Shown here piece after piece: positions 25,509 to 32,000 of a stretch of 32,000 bases of DNA. Both the position numbers and the translations under genes were made by a program. The notes under the pieces are model-generated. The model was not told the DNA's origin. It saw nothing but the letters and a program-made list of their open reading frames with translations, and made no database searches. Every line of letters starts with the position of its first letter. Positions within the stretch are counted from its first letter, which is position 1. The stretch is from Desulfobulbus propionicus DSM 2032 (GTDB lineage: Bacteria; Desulfobacterota; Desulfobulbia; Desulfobulbales; Desulfobulbaceae). The DNA lies in assembly GCF_000186885.1 (NCBI RefSeq), contig NC_014972.1, positions 3,660,001 to 3,692,000 on the forward strand. Reading direction: 5' to 3'.

Positions 25509-27012
25509 CCTGCTGCGGATCGACAACGGCGAACTGATCGAACGGCAGCGGATACCGCGCGTCGATTTCAGCCATTTCCTGCGCTTGCTGACCGACTTCG
25601 TCCATGCCAACGGCTACGTGGTCCAACTGTTTGCCTACCCGGAGGAAGGGCAGACTCGTCTGCTGGCCGTTGTCCGCAACAGCAACCTGTTTGTGCTCGA
25701 GACAACGGTTGACCGCGAGTTTCCTTCGTTGACCCTTGCCGGCGGCGCCAAATTCAGCATGTTTGAGCGGGAAATCGCCGAACAGTACGGTTTGATGCCG
25801 CTGGGCCACCCTTGGCTGAAAATGGTCCGCTACCACCCCAATTACACGGGACAGCCCGACGTCTTCGGCAACGACTACCAGCAGGACATCCCCGGCAACT
25901 ACCCGTATTTCCGGATCGAGGGCGAAGCCATCCACGAGGTCGGGGTTGGGCCGGTGCACGCCGGAATCATCGAACCGGGCCACTTTCGCTTCCAGTGCGC
26001 CGGCGAAGAGGTTCTCCATCTTGAGATTCAACTGGGCTACCAGCACCGGGGCCTTGAGCCCATGCTGACCACGGTGCCCCGCAAACGATTGCCCATCCTG
26101 TGCGAGGCCATCGCCGGGGATACCACCATCGGTCATACTCTCTGCTGCTGTCAAGCCATCGAGTCCCTGGCCGGCCTTTCGGTCGAACCCGGCGCCCGCA
26201 CGGTTCGCACCATTGCCCTTGAGCTGGAGCGAATCGCCAACCATATCGGCGACCTTGGCGCCCTCAGCGGCGACGTGGCCTTTAACCCGCCCGCAGCCTA
26301 TTTCGGCCGTATCCGCGGCGAATTCCTCAATCTGCTGCTCACCCTGTGCGGCAACCGTTTCGGCAAGAGCCTCATCCGGCCGGGCGGTGTCACCCAGCCG
26401 ATGGCGACGGAGCAACGGCAGATCATCCGCGCTAAAATCAAGGAACTGCGCAAGGAAATCATCCAGGTCTGCGATCTACTGTTCTCGGCCCATACGGTTC
26501 TGGCCCGGTTCGAGGACACCGGCACGGTCATCCGCAAGGTCGCCGATCAACTCGGCCTGGTGGGATATTGCGGCCGTGCCTCCGGCCTGGAATACGATGT
26601 GCGCGAATTTTTCCCCACCGAACGATACGCCGAGCTGCCCGCCAACAGCAACCGGGTGACCAACGGCGATGTGTACAGCCGGGCCATGGTCCGGCGCGAG
26701 GAAATCCTGCACGCGCTTGGCTTGATCGAAACCCTGCTGGCCGAACAGGAAGAGCCGCATCGGCCGGTTTGCTGGCAGGAGGGTGACCTTGCACCGGCGA
26801 GTTTCGTCGTGACCCTCAACGAAGGGTGGCGAGGCGAAGTCTCCCACTGCGTGCTGACCGATGCACACGGCAACATCCTGCGCTACAAGGTCAAGGACCC
26901 ATCCTTCCACAACTGGACAGGACTGGCCATGGCCCTGCGCAACCAGGAAATCTCGGATTTTCCGTTGTGTAACAAGAGCTTCAACCTCAGCTACTGCGGC
27001 TTTGATCTCTAG
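25501..27012 (+). CDS. ehrL: fused NuoC-NuoD / HyfG-HycE-like large subunit lacking the [NiFe] cysteine ligands
   Basis: 503 aa; the start overlaps the ehrD stop by 8 nt. The NuoC-like N-terminus has FEREIAEQYGL.PLGHP. The large-subunit core has VGPVHAGIIEPGHFRF, EIQLGYQHRG and RIANHIGDL. Where group-4 hydrogenases have E-R-x-C-G-x-C-x-x-x-H, this protein reads EAIAGDTTIGH (26104-26136). The C-terminus ends SFNLSYCGFDL with no DPCxxC motif and no cleavable extension. Confidence 0.88.
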   Translation: MDNLLRIDNGELIERQRIPRVDFSHFLRLLTDFVHANGYVVQLFAYPEEGQTRLLAVVRNSNLFVLETTVDREFPSLTLAGGAKFSMFEREIAEQYGLMPLGHPWLKMVRYHPNYTGQPDVFGNDYQQDIPGNYPYFRIEGEAIHEVGVGPVHAGIIEPGHFRFQCAGEEVLHLEIQLGYQHRGLEPMLTTVPRKRLPILCEAIAGDTTIGHTLCCCQAIESLAGLSVEPGARTVRTIALELERIANHIGDLGALSGDVAFNPPAAYFGRIRGEFLNLLLTLCGNRFGKSLIRPGGVTQPMATEQRQIIRAKIKELRKEIIQVCDLLFSAHTVLARFEDTGTVIRKVADQLGLVGYCGRASGLEYDVREFFPTERYAELPANSNRVTNGDVYSRAMVRREEILHALGLIETLLAEQEEPHRPVCWQEGDLAPASFVVTLNEGWRGEVSHCVLTDAHGNILRYKVKDPSFHNWTGLAMALRNQEISDFPLCNKSFNLSYCGFDL

Positions 27013-27031
27013 CCGGACAGGGCCGGACAGG
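27012..27031. repeat. short tandem direct repeat in the ehrL-ehrS spacer
   Basis: GCCGGACAGG occurs twice in tandem (27012-27021 and 27022-27031), followed by the related GACAGACAG (27032-27040). It lies in the only sizeable (66-nt) gap of the six-gene cluster. Confidence 0.6.
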
Positions 27032-27078
27032 GACAGACAGCCAACCTCGACACATCATCACTCAGACAGGAACAGATC

Positions 27079-27825
27079 ATGTTCAAGGTACTCTACAACC
27101 GACTGGAACAGGGATATCGGACCAGCAGCTATCCCACGAAACCAATCGCCCTTTATTCACGATTTCGAGGAATTCCAGAAATCAATGCCGACTGCGATCC
27201 GGCCATTGCCCGCCAATGCGCCGCACTCTGTCCCCAGGAAGCCATCATCGCGGAGGAGAAGAAAATTGATCTGGGTCGCTGCACCTTCTGTGGCGCCTGT
27301 GCCTTGGTGGCGAACGGGGCATTTGTCCGTTTCACCCAGAATTTCGAATTGGGCACGGCCCATCGTGACCATCTGATTACCGGCGGCTCGCTGCCTGACC
27401 TGGCCAGTCACGCCAAGGCCCATTTCAAAAAACTTTTCGGCCGTTCGTTGCAACTCCGCCAGGTTTCAGCCGGCGGGTGCAACGCCTGCGAGGCCGATAC
27501 CAATGTGTTGAACACGCCCTTTTTCGATCTCTCCCGGTTCGGCATCGACTTTGTCGCCTCGCCGCGACATGCGGACGGCATTCATGTCACCGGGCCGATT
27601 ACCCGGAACATGAGAACCGCCCTGCTCGATACTTATGCCGCGGTACCCGCCCCCAAGGTGGTGATCGCCAGCGGCTGTTGTGCGATTTCCGGCGGTCCTT
27701 TTCATGGTTCCCGTGAAATCCTGGGCGACCTCAATGCGCTCATCCCGGTGGACCTCTACATTCCGGGCTGCCCGCCGCATCCCCTCACCACCCTCCACGC
27801 CCTGCTGGCCTTTTTCAAGAAATAA
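27079..27825 (+). CDS. ehrS: fusion of a reduced ferredoxin-like domain (HyfH/HycF/NuoI-related) with a NuoB / HyfI / HycG-like small subunit
   Basis: 248 aa. The N-terminal ~90 aa carry CDPAIARQCAALCP and CTFCGAC, which are 6 of the 8 Cys of a 2x[4Fe-4S] ferredoxin. The C-terminal part has GGCNACE, ASPRHADG, GCCAISGG and PGCPPHP, so all four ligands of the proximal N2-type [4Fe-4S] cluster are present. Confidence 0.88.
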   Translation: MFKVLYNRLEQGYRTSSYPTKPIALYSRFRGIPEINADCDPAIARQCAALCPQEAIIAEEKKIDLGRCTFCGACALVANGAFVRFTQNFELGTAHRDHLITGGSLPDLASHAKAHFKKLFGRSLQLRQVSAGGCNACEADTNVLNTPFFDLSRFGIDFVASPRHADGIHVTGPITRNMRTALLDTYAAVPAPKVVIASGCCAISGGPFHGSREILGDLNALIPVDLYIPGCPPHPLTTLHALLAFFKK

Positions 27826-28056
27826 CCTCTACGGGTCCAGGACCGACCGTACTTTTCGCCCATCATTGCCGGGAAGTCGCTTCATGCAGCGGGCGCAGCA
27901 CAGGATAATTTCTTGCTCGCGAATAAAAGGCCTTCCCCATCCGCCGGTGTTGCGATATTTTGTCATTGAATACGGGGAGATTTCATCGGCAGTCCTCACA
28001 CGCCCGACTATTCCCCGCATACACCTCATCTCCTGGAACGTGATCACAGCGGCTCA

Positions 28057-29280
28057 ATGGAAATTTACATTGCCAGGCAACCCATTTTCGACCGGCACAA
28101 ACGTCTGCATGCCTACGAGGTGTTGTACCGTTCCGGGATGGACAACACCTACCCAGCCAGCGTGGACAGCGACGAGGCAACGCATACCGTTCTGGCCCAT
28201 GTCCTGTTCAATATCGGGTTGGACGCCATCACAGGCAACCGCCTGGCCTTGATCAACTTCACTGAAAATCACCTGTTGCAGGGAACTCCCACCCAACTGC
28301 CGCGGACACGCTGCATTATCGAAATTCTCGAGTCGATCCTGCCCTCAGCGGAGGTCTTCACCGCCTGTCTGGAGTTAAAGCGCAAGGGATATACGCTTGC
28401 CCTGGACGACTTTGATTTCAATCGACGATCCGAGCAACTCATCCCCTATGTCGATATCGTCAAGGTTGATTTCCAGGGTATTGACCGCATGTTGCTGAAT
28501 GAAAACATGGTCCGGATGCGGCAGTATGCCGCAGTACAATGGCTTGCCGAAAAAATTGAAAGCCACGAGGACTTCACCTTGGCCCAATCCCTTGGTTTCA
28601 CCTACTTTCAAGGCTATTTTTTCAACAAGCCGGAGATCCTGAAAAACCGCAAGATCGACACCTCGAAAATCATTCTCCTCAATCTGCTGGCCGAGGTGTG
28701 CCGTCCGGAGATCAATCTGAAGAAAGTCGAACAAATGGTCGCGCCCGACGTGTCGCTCTCCTACAAGCTCCTTCGCTACATCAATTCGGTATATTATTCG
28801 TTGGTGCGTAAAGTCACTTCCATCCGCTATGCCCTGACCTATCTAGGAGAAAGCGGGACGCGGCAATTCGTTTCCCTGGCGGCAGCTTCGGAGATTTCCG
28901 CAGGCAAACCTTCGGAATTGATGCGCTTATCGATGGTCCGGGCGGAACTCTGCCGATTGCTGGCCGCTTCCCGCCCAAGTTCAACCGATGCTTCCCAGCT
29001 CTTTCTGCTTGGTCTTTTTTCGTTGCTGGACGCCATGCTCGACATGCCCATGGACGAGCTCACCGATCAACTGCCTCTCACCGCCGAGGTGAAGGCGGCC
29101 CTCAACGAGCGCAAGGGGCCGTTTGCCCCCTATCTCCAGGCGGTGACCACCTACGAACAAGGCGAATTCGAGGCCTGCACCGAGTTTCTGCGGATGCTCA
29201 ACATTGCCCCTGACATCATGATCAGCGCCTATTTCAGGGCCCTGGCCTGGGCCGATCTCTTTGACGCCAATCTTGCCTGA
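28057..29280 (+). CDS. EAL-domain plus HDOD-domain signalling protein (COG3434-type putative c-di-GMP phosphodiesterase)
   Basis: Has the MEIYIARQPIFD....YEVLYR start typical of this architecture. EAL catalytic-position residues are recognisable (EVL, INFTE, EILE, LDDFD, VKVD, AEKIE, FQGYFF). The C-terminal half has HDOD-like features (LSYKLLRYINS, YALTYLG, LLGLFSLLD). Confidence 0.85.
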   Translation: MEIYIARQPIFDRHKRLHAYEVLYRSGMDNTYPASVDSDEATHTVLAHVLFNIGLDAITGNRLALINFTENHLLQGTPTQLPRTRCIIEILESILPSAEVFTACLELKRKGYTLALDDFDFNRRSEQLIPYVDIVKVDFQGIDRMLLNENMVRMRQYAAVQWLAEKIESHEDFTLAQSLGFTYFQGYFFNKPEILKNRKIDTSKIILLNLLAEVCRPEINLKKVEQMVAPDVSLSYKLLRYINSVYYSLVRKVTSIRYALTYLGESGTRQFVSLAAASEISAGKPSELMRLSMVRAELCRLLAASRPSSTDASQLFLLGLFSLLDAMLDMPMDELTDQLPLTAEVKAALNERKGPFAPYLQAVTTYEQGEFEACTEFLRMLNIAPDIMISAYFRALAWADLFDANLA

Positions 29281-29408
29281 TGGCGGTTGCCATCGTCGTG
29301 CCCCCTCGTTGGTCCGGTTAAAAGTTAGCTCTCGGGCGACAGGCCGCGTCTGTTCGGTGGCGGAAATTCAGGCTTGGATTCAGGGAAAATGCATCCGCTC
29401 CGGATACA

Positions 29409-30248
29409 TCATTCGAACAGACTGGGGGTGGTGCGCAGGAATTGCTGAACATTCTCCAGTTCGGCAGAGGTGAGCTTGAGGGCGACCGCCTCGTGCAGTT
29501 GCAGCAGCGCCAGGGAAGGCGCATGGGCCAGCCCGATGCCCATCTGGTGGCAAATGTGATTGGCCATGCGCACCAGCAGAAGGACGTAGTTTTCAGCATC
29601 AAACTCCGGCAAATCATGATCCCGGGCGACAACGGCAAACATCTCCGGCATGCTGATCTGCCGCAGCAGCAGATATCCCTGTTCCGCATGGAGGAGATCC
29701 ATGGCCCCGAGCAGCAGTTCCTGGGGCACCTGGAGCGCTTGCTTTTTTCTTTTCTTTTCGGCGAACACCTTAAGAATGAGCAACTTGCCGATATCATGAA
29801 ACAGACCGGCGGAAAAAGCCTCGTGCTGCATCACCCCGAAATCAAGGCGATTGGACAGCATGCCGGCGGCAAAGGCGCATCCCAGTGAATGCTGCCAGAG
29901 TTTTTTCATGATCTCGTTCAATTGTCCATCGCGACAGCTGAACATGTTTTTGCTGATGTCCACGAGCACGATGCGGCTGACTTCCGACAACCCCAGCCGG
30001 ACCAGGGCCGACCTGACTGTGGTGACGAGAACAAACCCACGATACATCGACGAGTTGGCCACTTTGAGGAGATTGCTGGAAAGCGCCTGATCACCGCTGA
30101 TCAATTTTTCAACGATGCGGAAATCGGGCTCTTTTTTGATCAGTTCGCGCTGAATCCGCAGTGAAACGGGATTAAAGACCGGCAGGGAAAGCCGTTCCGA
30201 TTCAATGTATTTCTTGAGTAGGGCGACAAAAGTACGTTCGTTGGTCAT
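29409..30248 (-). CDS. HDOD-domain protein
   Basis: 279 aa from ATG 30248 (MTNERTFVALLKKYIESERLSLPVFNP). Has LSSNLLKVANSSMY, ALVRLG, WQHSLGCA, GLFHDIGKLLI and ARDHD. The upstream in-frame extension to 30392 is Pro/Gly/Arg-rich and was trimmed. Confidence 0.85.
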   Translation of the reverse strand: MTNERTFVALLKKYIESERLSLPVFNPVSLRIQRELIKKEPDFRIVEKLISGDQALSSNLLKVANSSMYRGFVLVTTVRSALVRLGLSEVSRIVLVDISKNMFSCRDGQLNEIMKKLWQHSLGCAFAAGMLSNRLDFGVMQHEAFSAGLFHDIGKLLILKVFAEKKRKKQALQVPQELLLGAMDLLHAEQGYLLLRQISMPEMFAVVARDHDLPEFDAENYVLLLVRMANHICHQMGIGLAHAPSLALLQLHEAVALKLTSAELENVQQFLRTTPSLFE

Positions 30249-30364
30249 CCTAAGCCATGGGGTAAGTGGGCCGAAAAGGGCGCGTGGTCCGTCATGCCAA
30301 GCGCGCGGCGCCTGAGAGCCTTGCCCGAAGGGCGTTGCCATCGCGTCGGCTCGGCAGGATAGGT

Positions 30365-30392
30365 AGCATAAAACGCGCGCCAAATGAAGCAA
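30365..30392 (-). promoter_or_regulatory. candidate sigma-70-type promoter for the HDOD gene
   Basis: On the minus strand: TTGCTT (30392-30387), 16-nt spacer, TATGCT (30370-30365), roughly 110 nt upstream of ATG 30248. Motif match only. Confidence 0.3.
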
Positions 30393-30476
30393 AAGCCGAC
30401 ATTCTCGGGTTGTCGCCGCGAAATCGTTCCGGGGAAAGACGGAGAAAAACTGAAAACATCAAGGTGAAAGAGTGCA

Positions 30477-30512
30477 GCAAGCCCGTCTCCGTAAATGACG
30501 GGCCGGGCTTGC
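30477..30512 (-). terminator. possible terminator hairpin after the NfeD-SPFH operon
   Basis: A 9-bp GC-rich stem GCAAGCCCG / CGGGCTTGC (30477-30485 / 30504-30512) lies 11 nt downstream of the SPFH stop, with an alternative inner stem GCCCGTC/GACGGGC. The downstream U tract on the minus strand is poor (TGCACTCTTTCACC). Confidence 0.35.
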
Positions 30513-30522
30513 GCACGGCCGT

Positions 30523-31458
30523 TCAGACAGCCTTTTCTCGTTTTTTGGTGTGCTCCAGAGTGGTCATGACCGTGGCCACCATGGAGGAGACATCGGCCAG
30601 GTTGGCGGGTAGAATCATGGTGTTGTTTTCCTTGGCCAGCTTGCCGAACTGGTCAAGGTACTTCTTGGCCACCTCAAGGTTGGCCGCATCCTGGCCGCCA
30701 GGCTCGCTCAAGGCCTCGGCAACCTGGCGAATTCCTTCGGCGGTGGCCGCCGCTACCTTGAGAATTTCCTGCGCCTGACCTTCCGCCTCGTTGATCCGTC
30801 GCATTTTTTCGCCTTCGGACCGGGCAATGGCCTCGGCCCGCTCGCCCTCGGCCCGGTTGATCATCGCCTGACGCTCCCCTTCGGACTTGGCGATTTCCGC
30901 CCGTTTCTCGCGTTCGGCCTTCATCTGCTTCTCCATGGCTTCAAGCACGCTGCGCGGCGGCTGAATGTCCTTGATCTCGTAACGCAATACCTTGACGCCC
31001 CAGTTCTGCGAGGCCTCGTCCAGTGCCTCGACCACCTGGCGATTCAGATTCTCCCGCGCCTCAAAGGTGTTGTCGAGGCTGATCTTGCCAATGGCCGAGC
31101 GCAGGCTGGTTTGCGCCAGCTGCGCCACGGCGAAATGGTAATTGTCGATGCCATAGGCGGAGAGTCGGGAATTGACCACCTGCAGATAAAGACAGCCGTC
31201 GATCTCCATGGAAACATTGTCGGCGGTGATGCAGGTTTGGGCCGGAATGTCGATCGACTCCTCCTTGAGGCTGCGTTTATAGGCCACCTTATCGAAAAAG
31301 GGGATCAAGATGTGAAAACCGGCCTCGAGAGTGGTGCGGTATTTGCCCAGCCGCTCGATCACATACTCATACTGCTGATCCACGACCACCGCGGTCTTGA
31401 CCAGGATCACGATCGCAAACACAACCAGGGCCACCACGCCGATGAGCACGTTATCCAT
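30523..31458 (-). CDS. SPFH/Band-7 (stomatin/prohibitin-like, QmcA/YbbK-type) membrane protein
   Basis: 311 aa from ATG 31458. An N-terminal membrane anchor is followed by VVVDQQYEYVIERLGKY and ITADNV..EIDG.LY.QV. The Glu/Ala/Arg-rich coiled coil KAEREKRAEIAKSEGERQA is typical of the family. Confidence 0.92.
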   Translation of the reverse strand: MDNVLIGVVALVVFAIVILVKTAVVVDQQYEYVIERLGKYRTTLEAGFHILIPFFDKVAYKRSLKEESIDIPAQTCITADNVSMEIDGCLYLQVVNSRLSAYGIDNYHFAVAQLAQTSLRSAIGKISLDNTFEARENLNRQVVEALDEASQNWGVKVLRYEIKDIQPPRSVLEAMEKQMKAEREKRAEIAKSEGERQAMINRAEGERAEAIARSEGEKMRRINEAEGQAQEILKVAAATAEGIRQVAEALSEPGGQDAANLEVAKKYLDQFGKLAKENNTMILPANLADVSSMVATVMTTLEHTKKREKAV

Positions 31459-31922
31459 CAGTGTTCTCCGTTTGTTTTCAGGGGTGCGACCTTGACGGTC
31501 AGGTTTTTCTTTTCCACAATTCGCACGACCGTTCCTTTGGTCACTGGCTCCTCGGAGGTGGCCTGCCAAAACGAACCGCCGAATTTTACCTTTCCTGCGG
31601 CCGGGGGCAGGATATCCTCGATCACCTCGCCAGTAGCATCCTCGGGCAGGCTATGTTCCATGGCATCGACCTCGAGGGTGCGGCCGAGAAAAATTTTTTT
31701 CACCGTCGATCGCAACAAAAGGAGGGCGAGGAGACTGGCGGCGAGAAAAACCAGCAGTTGGGTGGAAAGAGAGATCGGCAGCAGATAGACGGCCAGAGCC
31801 GCACACCAGGCGCCAATGCCGAAAAAAAACACGATCAGTCCCGGCAGGAGCAATTCGAGGGCAAAGAAGACGATACCGCTAAGAAACCACAGCAGAACCG
31901 GCGACAGGGAAAGCAGAACCAT
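31458..31922 (-). CDS. NfeD-family membrane protein (YbbJ-like partner of SPFH proteins)
   Basis: 154 aa. Three N-terminal hydrophobic helices precede a C-terminal OB-like soluble domain (GKVKFGGSFWQATSEEPVTKGTVVRIVEKKNLTVKV). Its stop overlaps the SPFH start by 1 nt, the classic nfeD-SPFH operon arrangement. Confidence 0.85.
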   Translation of the reverse strand: MVLLSLSPVLLWFLSGIVFFALELLLPGLIVFFFGIGAWCAALAVYLLPISLSTQLLVFLAASLLALLLLRSTVKKIFLGRTLEVDAMEHSLPEDATGEVIEDILPPAAGKVKFGGSFWQATSEEPVTKGTVVRIVEKKNLTVKVAPLKTNGEH

Positions 31923-32000
31923 GCGACACTCCAGAAAGAGTCATTTGCGTAGAGGATAGCATAGTCATACCGCCCGGGCAATGCGGGCGAAGAATTTTCT

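Noticed and set aside
25501-27012. Calling the large subunit a functional [NiFe] hydrogenase (HyfG/HycE)
   Set aside because: The N-terminal CxxC and C-terminal DPCxxC ligand positions are all non-cysteine, and there is no C-terminal maturation peptide. It is therefore annotated as hydrogenase-related, not hydrogenase.
27830-27856. Hairpin TACGG...CCGTA followed by CTTTT after ehrS
   Set aside because: A 5-bp stem, 12-nt loop and only four T residues. It may mark the operon end but is too weak to report as a terminator.
31969-31987. GC-rich hairpin CGCCCG-N7-CGGGCG near the right window edge
   Set aside because: It could be a terminator of an unseen neighbouring gene or part of the nfeD promoter region. 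Strand and function cannot be assigned without sequence beyond the window.
1-32000. Screen for CRISPR arrays, tRNA/rRNA genes, IS elements, integrases, toxin-antitoxin pairs and known defence-system signatures
   Set aside because: I saw no regularly spaced repeats, cloverleaf-like intergenic sequences, terminal inverted repeats, or transposase/recombinase-like translations in any frame. The only compositional anomaly (4745-5267) lies inside a glycosyltransferase ORF.

Overview
GC-rich (about 60% by eye) chromosomal segment whose gene content looks deltaproteobacterial/Desulfobacterota-like; the taxon is inference only. I support 27 protein-coding genes and found no rRNA, tRNA, CRISPR array, transposase or integrase. 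Left to right: (1) a single ORF fusing an intact-looking cysteine synthase to a full-length CysRS-like domain with divergent HIGH and KMSKS motifs. (2) A minus-strand block panE-panB, two GT-B glycosyltransferases, an SDR sugar epimerase and a small polyprenyl-phosphate sugar transferase. The N-terminal half of one glycosyltransferase is sharply AT-rich. (3) A PAS/sigma-54 activator followed by a small membrane protein with a C-terminal CxxC...CxxC module, then an RMD1/DUF155 protein. (4) A translationally coupled trio: a YfcH-type SDR, an SRPBCC-YfcH fusion and an unassignable polytopic membrane protein. (5) An orphan periplasmic binding protein, a Zn-ribbon-PilZ protein, a sirtuin and a DeaD-type helicase. 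(6) The main item: a compact six-gene, complex-I/group-4-hydrogenase-like membrane module (20533-27825). Its large subunit has lost all four Ni-Fe cysteine ligands, and its small subunit is a ferredoxin-NuoB fusion. This matches what I recall being called an Ehr (energy-converting hydrogenase related) complex, a class with no known substrate. (7) A convergent EAL-HDOD / HDOD pair and an NfeD-SPFH operon. All function calls come from reading motifs in the supplied translations; no database search was possible.
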